A stretch of 64,000 nt of DNA. Origin: a virus. The stretch spans positions 51,173-115,172 of IMG/VR virus record IMGVR_UViG_3300042904_000308; one strand, given 5' to 3'. A program made the translations under genes and the position numbers. The first letter of the stretch is position 1, and each line of letters opens with the position of its first letter. Shown piece by piece: positions 1-10,580 of this stretch. A model generated the notes under the pieces. The model was not told where the DNA came from. It made no database searches and saw nothing but the letters and a program-made list of their open reading frames with translations.

Positions 1-364
1 CGTCCGTCTGATCGAAGAGCGGCTGCACGGCGCGAACGAATTCGTCGCGGTCCATGAACTGATGAAGGATCAGCGGGGCATGCCGTCGAACGACCGCATG
101 GTCAAGGTACTGTTGGAGACGCGGCTCGTAGTTCGGGTCTTCGACGGTGTGCTCGATGCAGAGATAGACGCTCGGACCTTGATCAAACGAGAGCGCCAGA
201 CCCAGCACGCGATCCTTCAGGTAGTCAAGACCGCTTGTCTCGACGTCGAACGCGAATGATTTTCCGTGGTGTTTCTTCAGGCACCTGCGAACATCGTCCA
301 GATTGGTGATCACAAAGCCTGGAAGTCTCGTGTTCCGCTGTAACTGTTGCGTAACGGCTTCCAA
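1..364 (-). CDS. DNA polymerase (family A-like), N-terminal 3'-5' exonuclease part; truncated at the window edge
   Basis: Not in the ORF track. Manual translation from TTG at 364 gives ...KSFAFDVETSGLDYLKDRVLGLALSF..., containing the ExoI motif (FDxETxGL). It lies at the end of the replication cluster. Confidence 0.75.
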   Translation of the reverse strand, partial: MEAVTQQLQRNTRLPGFVITNLDDVRRCLKKHHGKSFAFDVETSGLDYLKDRVLGLALSFDQGPSVYLCIEHTVEDPNYEPRLQQYLDHAVVRRHAPLILHQFMDRDEFVRAVQPLFDQTD

Positions 365-379
365 TGGATTTCGTTCCCC

Positions 380-607
380 TTAATCATCGATAGGGTGACG
401 ATCTGCATAGGAGCAGATCAACCCCAGCCCGATGCACAACGACAACACATATAACAACGCTGTAATAATGCCAAGAGGAATGAACAGATTAAGCGCAACA
501 CCGACAGCAAACATTCCACCGACCACATACCCAACTGCGGCAAACAACACCAGCACCCGCAGGAACATTCCAAATCCGAAACTCACTCCCTCTCTGACTA
601 TCTCCAC
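380..607 (-). CDS. small membrane protein
   Basis: 75 aa with two hydrophobic segments and an RBS. Confidence 0.6.
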   Translation of the reverse strand: MEIVREGVSFGFGMFLRVLVLFAAVGYVVGGMFAVGVALNLFIPLGIITALLYVLSLCIGLGLICSYADRHPIDD

Positions 608-618
608 CTGTCACCCTT

Positions 619-828
619 CTAATACTTACCACTCAACTTCGCGTCGATGATCGCCAGCAGCAAACCTCCGACGAGAACCTCAGCTCCAATGAAACTGCAG
701 CCTGCCAGAAAGTGGTAGTCGAAAGCCATCTGGCCGAGCAGAATAGAACCGACGACGATACCAGCAACGATAGCCAGTCCGACAGCGATCAGGTATATCT
801 GCAAGGCAGTCTTTAGAATCTCAATCAC
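619..828 (-). CDS. small membrane protein (paralog-like N-terminus to 885-1088)
   Basis: MIEILKTA..., hydrophobic, GAGGGG RBS. Confidence 0.6.
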   Translation of the reverse strand: MIEILKTALQIYLIAVGLAIVAGIVVGSILLGQMAFDYHFLAGCSFIGAEVLVGGLLLAIIDAKLSGKY

Positions 829-838
829 GTATACCCCT

Positions 839-874
839 CACTATTAATATCGTCACAAGGTGCTCGAAACTTTC
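839..874 (-). promoter_or_regulatory. phage-specific promoter-like motif, copy 1 (AAGTTT-N9-TGTGACGATATTAATAGTG)
   Basis: The 19-bp core is identical at 11347-11365 (-) and 38670-38688 (+). This copy is intergenic, just upstream of an RBS. Confidence 0.7.
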
Positions 875-884
875 GCTTTTGGAA

Positions 885-1088
885 CTAGGAATCAGAAATT
901 GCCAGAAGGAAGGCGACCGCGACACAGCTGCCGACCACCCCTGCCAGCGCAAACCAGCCGCCTAGGTCGAAGAGATACGTCATGAGCTGTACATACCCCC
1001 AAAAACAACCAGCAAGCACGCCAACGCCCACGGCAATCAGTGCCATTATCAGACTATAGACTGCTGTCGTCTTAAGAATCTCGGTCAC
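885..1088 (-). CDS. small membrane protein
   Basis: MTEILKTT..., two hydrophobic helices. Confidence 0.6.
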   Translation of the reverse strand: MTEILKTTAVYSLIMALIAVGVGVLAGCFWGYVQLMTYLFDLGGWFALAGVVGSCVAVAFLLAISDS

Positions 1089-1716
1089 GTCGTAACTCCT
1101 CCAGATAGCGTTCTGTCTCTTTGGTGCAATCGATAAGGTCTTGCTCGGTGTAATTGGGAAGCTCAGGGATGGGGGTTTTCAGGTGACGCCTGCAGACCGC
1201 TGCCGCTTCCTGAATCGCCAGCAGCCCCACGCCTTCCTCATAGCTCTCCTCACAGGCAATGATCTTGAGAAGCCTGCCGTTTTCCCGCACCTTCTTCTGC
1301 ACCGTCAACCCGCGTTCCCGCAGGTTGTCTCTGCCCCAGCGCTTCTCTTTCTCGACCGCCTCAGCCAGACGCCAGCGTTGAAACTCGGCGCGGTTGACAT
1401 CAACCGAGAGGTCGGGGATGTACTTCTCATCGCTCACGCGGATGAACTGCACAATGAAAAGTTCGACCGCTCCGCCAGCAAAGTACTTGTCGACCACCTG
1501 ATCGTCGTTCGTCGCCGCCGTGATCAATGTCTCGGCGGTCTGCTTGTCGATCCCCTCTACAGGCACCGCCTCGGGCCGCGCTCCTCGCTCGATCCCTGAA
1601 ATGAAGCATGACTGGCACTTGAGCTTGCCAGACAGGAAGTCCCTGACCAGCGCAGGCTTGCCACAGTGGGGGCAGGTGCTGTCTTTCGCCGCGCTAGACA
1701 TCGTCAGACTCCTCAC
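1072..1716 (-). CDS. hypothetical protein with N-terminal Zn ribbon
   Basis: CPHC...CQSC motif. Confidence 0.6.
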   Translation of the reverse strand: MRSLTMSSAAKDSTCPHCGKPALVRDFLSGKLKCQSCFISGIERGARPEAVPVEGIDKQTAETLITAATNDDQVVDKYFAGGAVELFIVQFIRVSDEKYIPDLSVDVNRAEFQRWRLAEAVEKEKRWGRDNLRERGLTVQKKVRENGRLLKIIACEESYEEGVGLLAIQEAAAVCRRHLKTPIPELPNYTEQDLIDCTKETERYLEELRRDRDS

Positions 1717-2637
1717 AGTGAGGCGTCTCTCCGAGAAAGATGCGAAGATCGTCTCCCTCTGACCAGATCGAGTACCAGGCGATGTCGTCGTAGCGAGCCA
1801 TCACCGCGTCGACCGCCACAATGATGTCGTCCTTCACCTGTCGGATCGCGCTCGGCCTGGTTCTCAGCTCGAAAGGCACCTGCCTGTGGTACTTCAGTGT
1901 CGCCTCAAGATGCTGTCGATCAATCATCGTTGACAACTTCTTCCGCCAGTGCCGTTTCGTCTTCAAACGAACACTGCAGCGTGTGAAAGTTGACCTTCGC
2001 GTCACACACCCCTCCCCCGTCGTAGTCAGGATGGCAATCGATGTGCAGATCGGCGTGCTTGCCAGTTCTGAGGTATACAAAGTACGTATCGATAACACGT
2101 TGAAGCTCGCTTGTGATTGTCATTACAGTTCCTTCTTAACCATCTTTACGGACAGCGCCCTTCGAGATGCTGCTCAGCTGCATAGCCGCAGTCGTCGCAA
2201 TCTCCCTCATGGAGCACGGCTGCTCTACAGGTCACGCGAACGATGCGGTTCGCATTCTCGATTTCCGATTCTGTCGCTCGCCTGAGCGTGTACCAGCTGC
2301 CCTCCCACTTCGCGGCTCCCCTTGCCCACTGTCCGATACACGCTCGAAACCCTCGAAGGAAGAGCGGTTCGTGGTCATCAGTGAAGACGTACACACCATC
2401 ACCGTCATCAGCCAGGCTCTCTCGACTTGGTTTATACGCCCTGTTGAATATCAAAGTAGCCATCTACAGCTCTTGCTCCATAATCGGCTTAAACCAGAGT
2501 CCGATGAACAGCGTGCCGTCTGGCAGCATCGACGCTTCAGTGTGAAGCTCGCGCTCATCCCCCCTGAACGGGGCGGTAACAATCTCGATGTCCTCGATCA
2601 GCGAATCGACTATGGTTTTGACTGATTGATCTGACAT
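1694..2637 (-). other. four small hypothetical CDSs (1694-1927, 1920-2123, 2146-2463, 2464-2637)
   Basis: Tightly packed or overlapping minus-strand ORFs with RBSs. Confidence 0.55.
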
Positions 2638-3221
2638 ATGCACCCTTTCTCTCGCACCGCAGCACCGAGCTTGGCGAGTTCCAGCAGTTCGAGGAACATC
2701 CGAGCAGGCGTCATGACGTGGGCCTCCCCCTTGTCGCCAGGGATGAGTACGTGATCCTCGGTGTACTGATTGTTGACCCAGTGGACCCACAGGATGCCGA
2801 GCTCGCCAGCGTCCTTGGCCTCCTGAAACGTCTGGTCGATAACGCTCTTCTTCAATGTGAAGGTCTTGTCACCTGTCGGCGTCAGGATGCTTGCACCCTT
2901 ACACTCGATCTTCACGAAGTCCCGACCGAGCATGTCCTTGACCTCGACGTCACCCGTCAGGTTGCGGGAGCCTGTCTTGATCGCACCGCTCATCGGCGTG
3001 CGCTCGCCGCCTGTGAGGGCAGCGACGTTGCGCTCGACGCTCTTGCCAAAATTTCGGTTGCGGTTGTTCTGTTCCTGGCGGGTCTTTCCCGCCGCGTTCA
3101 ACTGGGGAATCTCCTGATCGCTCTTCTTCGATCCACCCTTTTTTGGTGCCGCCTTCCCCGCTGCCTTCTTCTTCTTCGAAGACTCGGGCTTGGGAACAGG
3201 CGAAAAGTATCTATCTGACAT
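2610..3221 (-). CDS. Holliday junction resolvase-like PD-(D/E)XK nuclease
   Basis: GKSVERNVA...SGA...GDVEV...KIECK pattern typical of Hjc-like phage resolvases. Confidence 0.7.
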   Translation of the reverse strand: MSDRYFSPVPKPESSKKKKAAGKAAPKKGGSKKSDQEIPQLNAAGKTRQEQNNRNRNFGKSVERNVAALTGGERTPMSGAIKTGSRNLTGDVEVKDMLGRDFVKIECKGASILTPTGDKTFTLKKSVIDQTFQEAKDAGELGILWVHWVNNQYTEDHVLIPGDKGEAHVMTPARMFLELLELAKLGAAVREKGCICQINQSKP

Positions 3222-3232
3222 GTATCCTTATT

Positions 3233-3730
3233 TCACTTCTTCATCTTCTGAATAAAGGTCAAAGCGTGCTCTCGTAACCGTTCCCCGTCACGCTTACCCA
3301 GCTCCACCCGTTCGCCGTACGTCAGTGGCTCCAGCTCCTGATAGGGCATGTAGTACGAACCAAAACCGTCATCAGGGAACGAAACGTTCACCCAGTACCC
3401 GCTGCCGAACGTCTCGAACAAGCCTCGATCACGTCCCACAGCGTTATGTTTCGAGTCAATCCACTCGAAATCAAACCGCATCTCGACTCCATTCACGTCG
3501 GTGCCGCCTTGTGCGAGTACCGCATTCAAGTACTCGGCATACGGCATCCCGCTCACGGACACCAATCGTCCACCAGGCAGGTACATCCGTTCTGCCGTCG
3601 GTGTCCGCAAAAGACATGACAGAACCACAGGACTCGTGTTCTCGGCCTCAGTGCCGTCTGCCGCAACTGTCGCTCCCGCTGTAACAACGGCTGCTCCGCC
3701 CAACCACTTGAACATTTCCCTACGATTCAT
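3233..3730 (-). CDS. hypothetical protein with twin-arginine-like N-terminus
   Basis: Start reassigned to ATG 3730, which overlaps the upstream stop. N-terminus MNRREMFKWLGGAAVVTAGATVAA. Confidence 0.55.
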   Translation of the reverse strand: MNRREMFKWLGGAAVVTAGATVAADGTEAENTSPVVLSCLLRTPTAERMYLPGGRLVSVSGMPYAEYLNAVLAQGGTDVNGVEMRFDFEWIDSKHNAVGRDRGLFETFGSGYWVNVSFPDDGFGSYYMPYQELEPLTYGERVELGKRDGERLREHALTFIQKMKK

Positions 3731-4383
3731 CAGACGAGCGCCCCTCCCGCGATGACCAGCTGCCTGCACACGTCTCGTACGTGATCCAGATCGCCGTCCA
3801 CGTTCATCAGGCTGAAGTCCGCGTCGAGCTCATCGACATACGTCTCACTCGGGTGGCTCAGGATTTTCTCCAGCTCCTGGTCAATCAGTGTGTCGTCGTC
3901 TCCGAACTTGGCGCTCAGCATCGAGCGGATGCTGTCCAGCCTCGAACGCTCGTCACGCACGATGCGAATGATCGTGAAGCCCATCTCCTGCAGCGCCTCG
4001 ATTTCATTCGGAAAGCGGCAGTCGTCGCAGACCACCAGATGCGGCTTGCCATACAGCGAACAGCCTGTGCGGTCCATTCTGAGCTCTTCGCGAAACAGGT
4101 CGACCCATAAAGAATCTGGCCCGACGTACTGCCGACCGAGCTCGGTGCCAACACCTTGCAGCAGCCAGCGCAAATCGTTCTTGTCTCGATCAAGCTGGGC
4201 TCGGGTCATCGACGGCTCTCGACCGATGTGCGTGAGGAACGCATTGATCATATCGACCGAGGCGTTCTTGACGGGATCGGCAAACGCCATCCGCAGAAAG
4301 TCGTGACACTCGACCAGCTCGTTCGCGAACGTCGTCTTGCCGCTGTGCATCTTCGCGACAAACGCAATGTATTGTGTTTCCAA
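3730..4383 (-). CDS. deoxynucleoside monophosphate kinase
   Basis: IAFVAKMHSGKTT P-loop, AFADPVK, LQGVGTE and DDCRFPNE motifs. Start reassigned to TTG 4383 after GGAG. Confidence 0.85.
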   Translation of the reverse strand: METQYIAFVAKMHSGKTTFANELVECHDFLRMAFADPVKNASVDMINAFLTHIGREPSMTRAQLDRDKNDLRWLLQGVGTELGRQYVGPDSLWVDLFREELRMDRTGCSLYGKPHLVVCDDCRFPNEIEALQEMGFTIIRIVRDERSRLDSIRSMLSAKFGDDDTLIDQELEKILSHPSETYVDELDADFSLMNVDGDLDHVRDVCRQLVIAGGALV

Positions 4384-4447
4384 CCTTATCTCCGTATCCA
4401 AACAATGAGTAGTAATCCGAAACAAATGAATGCAACCGTGATCATGG

Positions 4448-5032
4448 CTAGCGGTACTCCCAGGCGTGGTCACACACTTCCCACCAGTCGAACACCCGAT
4501 GCAGACGCTCGTGCTGAGGCACCTGCTGGTTATAAGGCTTGTCGATGACATAGACCTGATCGAACAGGCCGCTCGCTGGCATCTCCGTCGTGTGGTGTGG
4601 TGCATCCTCGACGACTTTGGTGAGGCCCAGGCGTCGGGCCGCATCAATCTTGCGATTCCCTGGTTCCTTCTTGCTCGTCGTCGTCACCTGCATCGGCGGG
4701 AAATCATTGCGGTTCAGCCACGCCTCGATCCACTCTTTCATATGTGGCAGGCGATCCGAGACAACGAACAAGTCCTGCCCGTGGTCGTAGAGCTCCCACA
4801 CGGCATCCTCCGCGTTGGCAACAGGCGGCACACGCAGCGTCCAGTCACGGCTGAGGAAACATTCCTCGCCCCACACGTAATCACCGTGCTCTTTCGGCTG
4901 CGCTCTCCAGAACTCCCAGTCCTCGATCATATGCGTGCTGTACTCGGTCCCGAAGTAGTCGTTACAGCTTCGGACAGAGGCTCCGTCGAGGTCTGCCAGA
5001 ACGCTGTCAAAGTCGATGAGCCATCTCGACAA
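4448..5032 (-). CDS. 5'(3')-deoxyribonucleotidase (HAD, NT5C-like)
   Basis: IDFDSVLAD motif I, VVEDAPH and KPYN. Confidence 0.8.
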   Translation of the reverse strand: MSRWLIDFDSVLADLDGASVRSCNDYFGTEYSTHMIEDWEFWRAQPKEHGDYVWGEECFLSRDWTLRVPPVANAEDAVWELYDHGQDLFVVSDRLPHMKEWIEAWLNRNDFPPMQVTTTSKKEPGNRKIDAARRLGLTKVVEDAPHHTTEMPASGLFDQVYVIDKPYNQQVPQHERLHRVFDWWEVCDHAWEYR

Positions 5033-5033
5033 A

Positions 5034-5567
5034 TCAGTTCATCCTTTCAAACGACTCCCACTCCAGCAGCGACGTCGGCAGTCGATAAAACGGCTTCGGC
5101 TTTCCGCCGTCCTGAAAGTGATCGACCTCCAGATCAGGCAGCAGCTCCGCGAGCTTGTCCATCGTCATTCTGTAGGAGATAGCTTCGTTCTTACTGTCGT
5201 ACACAAATACGGTAACAGGTCTTCCGCTAGACGTTTGCCAATTACAGAGCTGTTGTACATTATCGAGTTTCAGTTTAATGATCTGGTCCCTGCCGACCCC
5301 CTTAATCTCGGTGAGGAAGTGGCGTGTGATCTTTCCCCTTTCATCTATGAGATGATCGAACCTTTCACCCTGAGCCTCACAGAGGAAGTCGGGCGTGTAA
5401 CGTAAGAACGGCGAGAGCCGCATGAAGTGGTCAAAGGGCGGACGCTGCATCCCGTACTCAACGTATGTGATGTCGTTCTGTCTGCACCAATGCTTGAATA
5501 CTCCCTCGGCCATGTCGCCCATCTTCTTAAACCGCACGTTAAACGGTTTATCCTTGAATTGGGACAT
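5034..5567 (-). CDS. PD-(D/E)XK endonuclease
   Basis: GDMAE...YTPDF...TEIKG. Confidence 0.65.
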   Translation of the reverse strand: MSQFKDKPFNVRFKKMGDMAEGVFKHWCRQNDITYVEYGMQRPPFDHFMRLSPFLRYTPDFLCEAQGERFDHLIDERGKITRHFLTEIKGVGRDQIIKLKLDNVQQLCNWQTSSGRPVTVFVYDSKNEAISYRMTMDKLAELLPDLEVDHFQDGGKPKPFYRLPTSLLEWESFERMN

Positions 5568-5580
5568 GTCTGTAAATCAA

Positions 5581-7480
5581 CTATTTCCCTTCTGACTGAC
5601 GCCGCTGCTCGAAGTACGCTTCACGAAAACCCTCCGCGAAGCCTGCGTAGTTGACACTGATGAAGAGCGATATCAGTGTGATGATCGTGATCGTGTCGTC
5701 GCTGACAGGCCAGTCACCTGTGAACAACCGCATGACCAGCAGACCCAGCAGTATGAGAGAGATAACCATGTATGCCTCCTGAAACGAGATGTCAGCTGAC
5801 TAACTCTCGATAAAGTCGATGAAGTCTCCGAAGCGTGACTCGAAGCGCGGCCAGTAGCGGTTGCGTACCTGCAGCTTGCCGCACGGCTCGACGCTCACGC
5901 CGTCCATCACAGACACGTCAATCGTCGTGAACTCCTCCCCCTGTCGTACCCGCGCCTTGAAGACGGCGGGGTACCGCTTGTCGATGGGGTCTTCCTTCCC
6001 CTGCAGTCGCTTGACCTCGGCCTGCACGTCACGCAGCGGCACCTCTGCCGCCTGCTTCAGCAGCTCGGGGATCACGTCCTGATGCTCTTCGTCCCGCACC
6101 AGCGGCAGGATCGCTCGCACCTTGCTGACGCCAGCGTTCAGCATCAGCTCGATGGCACTGTCCACCCGCTCGGCATCGGGCGCGAGCATTGGCAGAACCT
6201 CGCGGCGAATCCGCAACAGGTCTTGCACAACGCGCCAGCCAAGCTCGATGTGTGGCCCCATCGCCCAGGTCCGCAGATCGGGGCAGCTTCTGGCGAGGTA
6301 GTACTGGTTCTCGTCAAACTGGTGCAGCATGTTGGCAAGCCTGAAAAAATTGAGCTCGATACTTCGCTTGGTGTCGACGATTTCCGACTCGGCTTCCTCC
6401 GCCGCCTGGACCTCCGCCTGTGTAATATCTCCGTAGACATCGGCGTATCGGACGAGCTCACCAGAGCCGTCCACTATCCATTGATCCTTAGCCACTTATC
6501 AGTTTCACTCCAGCCTCAGCAAACGCATCAAGGACCGCGTCCGCTTCAATTAGCAGGTGCTCGTGAGGAAGGGAGTGCTCTGGCATCTCCTCCCACGGCA
6601 CCCAGTCTTCACCATCATTCACGGTGCTCCAGATCGCCTCGGCAACCAGCCGCCGAAACTGCTCAGGATGTCCCTGCTGCACCACCGTCACGACCACATC
6701 TTCCAGAACTCAAGCAGGACGATGATCAGCGGGATGTTCCACACCACGCCGCGCACAATCTCCGCTTCCGATTTCTCCACCGTCTCCCGCCTCATCCTCA
6801 GGGCGAGCTCAGGCGCAAACAAATTGATCGTAATCATGACCGTCACCGCAAACGCGACGATCAGGAATGATCCAAATACAATCCAGTCCCACATTTAATT
6901 CATTCTTCCTTTACCAAGACACTCGACAGATTTTGTCGTCTGACCTGTTGACTGATCCATCGTGGTACTGATCCGATACCGCGTAGGGCGGTTTGCCCAC
7001 CTGTGTGCCGCGCCCCAGCCCTTCAGAAACAACTGCAGCAGGACGTTAACAACGACGGCAACAATCAACCCCAGCGCTAGCCAGCCAACAATCCAGAGCG
7101 CGACTAACGACTCAGATTCCATTGCGTTGTTCCACTCTTCCTTATCACTCTACTCCTACAAGCTCATAGACAGGCTCAAGTGTCGGCACGCGCTCGCACT
7201 CTTTCTGTCGGTAGATCGTCTTTCCAATCATCTTGGTATCCCAATGACAGCGGTACTCATTCTCGTAGAAGTAGCTCTCGCCTCCTCCGCCGCCGAGCAG
7301 AGAAGCAGCCAGCAAGATGACGACCGTAATACCGACGATATGCGCAAAGATAACACCGATCATAGCCAACATCGGCACAAACGAGTAGTATCCGAACTCA
7401 TTTTCAAGTGTGTTATTGTGGTTTCCCCACCAGTCAAAGTACCGCTGCACTGGGCGAAGAGCTCTGACTACATACGTCAC
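5581..7480 (-). other. cluster of hypothetical CDSs (5581-5769, 5800-6495, 6488-6697, 6688-6894, 6895-7122, 7145-7480), several membrane proteins
   Basis: Contiguous minus-strand ORFs with RBSs. Confidence 0.55.
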
Positions 7481-7484
7481 ACAA

Positions 7485-8441
7485 CTAATCCTTTCTTCCT
7501 TTTTGTACGCGCTCCGTGAGCGATCCCTTCACTGGGTGTGGCTCAACGGGCTCGGGTTTCGGTTGTGACCATGTCGTCTTCGCGGGGTAGAACGTCACAG
7601 GCGTGCTGCCCGTCGGACCCTCGCGGTTCTTGGCGATGATAATCCGAGCGTCCCGCTCCTCTTCCAGTGGCGGTGAACCGTTCATCTGCTCGTAGTAGTA
7701 CGGTCGGAACGGGAACCAGACATTCTCCGCGTCCTGCTCGACCGCGCCCGAGTCACGGATGTCCGACATGTTCGGTATCTTGTTCTCGCGACCCTCAACA
7801 CTACGATTCAGCTGTACCAGTGCGATGATCGGAATGTTGAGATAATCAGGCCGAGCCAGCGCACGCAGGTTGCTGCTGATACGGGCTACTCTTTCGTTCT
7901 CGTTCACCTTGGCGGCATCCCTCAGCAGGGAGAGGTAGTCCACGACGACCAGCCCGAGGGGAGGCCCAGGGGCGGCGGCTGCGCGTTCTGCCCACTTCTC
8001 CGCGTCGTCGGCCAGCCCCTCAGATGTGAAGGTGGTGTCGGCCATTGCGATGGGGTACTGGCGCAGCTCTTCCGCAGCCTGCTTGACCCTGCGAAACTCC
8101 TCAGGGCTGAGCATGCCGCGCACGATCTTGCCGCCTGGGATCATCGTCATGCTGGAGAGCATGCGGTTGACCATCCGCTCGGCGGTCATCTCCAGCGAGT
8201 AGAAGAGCACGCGGTTATTGGCCTTCGCCACGTTCTGCGCGATGTTCAGGGCGAGGGATGTCTTCCCTACCCCTGGACGCGCTCCGATAATTGTCAGTGT
8301 GTCGGGCTGGAGCCCTCCCGTCAGCTCGTCGACGCGATGAAAGCCAGTGGGGATGCCGATTGTCTCGACACCCCCACGTTTCTGCCGCTCTCCGACGATC
8401 CCGAGGTAGCTCTTCGCCACGTCCGCGATCAGACGTGCCAT
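7485..8441 (-). CDS. dnaB: replicative DnaB-like helicase (C-terminal ATPase domain only)
   Basis: GIPTGF, GARPGVGKT Walker A, SLEM, VVDYL, QLNR, DIRDSGAVEQDA and IAKNREGPTG. Confidence 0.93.
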   Translation of the reverse strand: MARLIADVAKSYLGIVGERQKRGGVETIGIPTGFHRVDELTGGLQPDTLTIIGARPGVGKTSLALNIAQNVAKANNRVLFYSLEMTAERMVNRMLSSMTMIPGGKIVRGMLSPEEFRRVKQAAEELRQYPIAMADTTFTSEGLADDAEKWAERAAAAPGPPLGLVVVDYLSLLRDAAKVNENERVARISSNLRALARPDYLNIPIIALVQLNRSVEGRENKIPNMSDIRDSGAVEQDAENVWFPFRPYYYEQMNGSPPLEEERDARIIIAKNREGPTGSTPVTFYPAKTTWSQPKPEPVEPHPVKGSLTERVQKGRKD

Positions 8442-8447
8442 ATATCC

Positions 8448-9414
8448 TCATTCCCAGTTAATATGCAGCACATAGTGGTCTTTCAGTTCAAACGTTCCCT
8501 TCCACCATTGATTGACAACCGTGACTTCACCGCTCAACAGGCGAGCCATTTCCTCGACGGTGTCAAGCTCGATAGCGGGGAGCGTCTGGATCAGTGTCCT
8601 TGTGTAGTAGGTGCGCCCATCGTAGTAGCGACCGTCGTTCGCGTCGGTGCCCCGCTGATGGATTTGATGGTCCTGACCTTCAGACTTCCAGTCCTCGATC
8701 CACTCATCCCGTTGCTGCTGCTCGAAGATCGTGAGCCCTCGCCGTGTCTCAAGGTAGTCCCAGCTTGTGTACCCTTCCTCGCACCCTTCGAACTCATGCT
8801 CGAACATCCCTGGGATGGGATCGGTGTCGATCAGATTGACGGCGAAAATCATGACATCCTCCCCGCCACCTGAGCCTCAACCCGCGCTCTCTGAGCCTTG
8901 GCAGCGCGTCGGTTGGAGTAGATCGCTGCACCGATGCAGAACGCGGTGGCAAGGAGCCAGAGCAGAATTCCTGAGACGACAACCTGATCCATTGTCGTCC
9001 CTGGTATCCCCGTCTCTCTCCACGACCAGAGCTCGACGATGAGGGCATACAATCCGAAGCTGACCGCGATACCAACGAGGATAATGAAACCCACGCCGAA
9101 GAACACAAACAACGCACGGTCGCTCCAACGGACTGCGCGACGATCCCACACGTCTTCTTCCATCATGGTCACTTCCCTCCGTCGATCCAGCGAGTCACGA
9201 CGTTGTCACCACTAACGAGCCACACAATGCCACCGCAGACGTACCCCGTCGTCACCACAACGCCCGTGAACCCGACCAGCGCGATCAGGCCTGACGACAG
9301 GCCGTCCTCCAGCCCGATAGCAATGCTCAGGGCGGGTACGGCAATCAGCCAGGCCAGCACGCACGCCACCGCAATCATTCGACCTAACTCCGACCTCGGC
9401 CAGCTCATTCCCAC
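8448..9414 (-). other. three hypothetical CDSs (8448-8852, 8849-9172, 9169-9414; the last two are membrane proteins)
   Basis: Overlapping stop/start junctions. Confidence 0.55.
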
Positions 9415-10106
9415 ACCCCCTCTGGAATCTCGAAGTAGTTCGTTTCAGGTGGAGCCTGATAGCTCACGGTCTTCTTGCTCCCTTCCCGCTGGCCCGTGAC
9501 CCCGTTCAGGAATCCATACACGGCTCTCAGCGGGTCTTTCGCTTTGCGTTTCTTTCTCAGCTCCCTCAGGACCGTCTTCGGCCCGAAGCGGTCGAACTGC
9601 TGGCCGAGGTAGAACGTTTCTTTGGGGCTCAGGCCTCGGCCCAGGATGTACTCGACCTCTCGCACAGCCTTGCCGATTTCTGGCGGCAGCTCTTCCGCGA
9701 GGCCGCTCTCATCGCCCGACTCCAGCTGCGCGATGCGGTTGTGGAGCCGCGTGATCGTCTTCTCCAGGTCCGTGATCCGCCCCTGCTCGTCCTCCTCTTC
9801 AGCGAACGAGAGCTTCTTGTCGCTCCCCGCGACGAACTTGGGGATCACGATGCTCGTACCAGAACGCTCGATGTAGGGGTCAATCGTCCCGCCTGCGCAG
9901 GCAGGGGATTCGAGCCACTGCAGCGCGGCCCGAACCGTCGTCCGCGAGTGACCAGTGAGCCGAGCAAGCTCACTGACCGTCACATCGAGATGCCCCTGCA
10001 GGTCCGACCGCAGGAGCAGTGCCATGAACACCTTGAGCTGGGCCTCCGTCATCACCGACAGGTGATCGATCAGCCCAACCCGTACCATTGAGAACTGTGA
10101 GGGCAT
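9405..10106 (-). CDS. replication initiator-like HTH protein
   Basis: N-terminal wHTH (TVSELARLTGHSRTTVRAALQWL), a DnaD-like C-terminus, and a position upstream of the helicase. Confidence 0.6.
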   Translation of the reverse strand: MPSQFSMVRVGLIDHLSVMTEAQLKVFMALLLRSDLQGHLDVTVSELARLTGHSRTTVRAALQWLESPACAGGTIDPYIERSGTSIVIPKFVAGSDKKLSFAEEEDEQGRITDLEKTITRLHNRIAQLESGDESGLAEELPPEIGKAVREVEYILGRGLSPKETFYLGQQFDRFGPKTVLRELRKKRKAKDPLRAVYGFLNGVTGQREGSKKTVSYQAPPETNYFEIPEGVWE

Positions 10107-10580
10107 AACTACTCCCGAGACTCAAAGGGTCCGTTGTCGTTGAACACCGACGAGCGCCGATTGAATACGGGAAACGGCGGCTTCGGTGGCGTGTTACCTG
10201 CGATCTGGCGGACCTTCGCGACCAGCGCGGCCACGTCATCAAAGCGTCCCAGCGTCACGTAGAATGGGTCACTGCCTTGCCCGACCTGGATGACAAGCTC
10301 CTCACCCTGTAGCGTCACCTTAACCTGATCAGGCATATCCTCTCGCAGTGTCAGGTCAATTCGATCAAGATTCATGCCAGTATCAACGCCTCCCCCACTC
10401 TCTTCACAACGTGACTCGCGTACTGCTTCGCCATCGCAGGCGTTGCAGGGTCGATGTAGTATTCACACCCTGCCCAGTTCGCCTTGTTCCTCGCCCACTC
10501 CGTGACATCCTCATGCTCACCTGTCAACAGGAACTCACCGTAGCCAATGATGTACACGTAATACGTCTTCGGCGTGTGCA

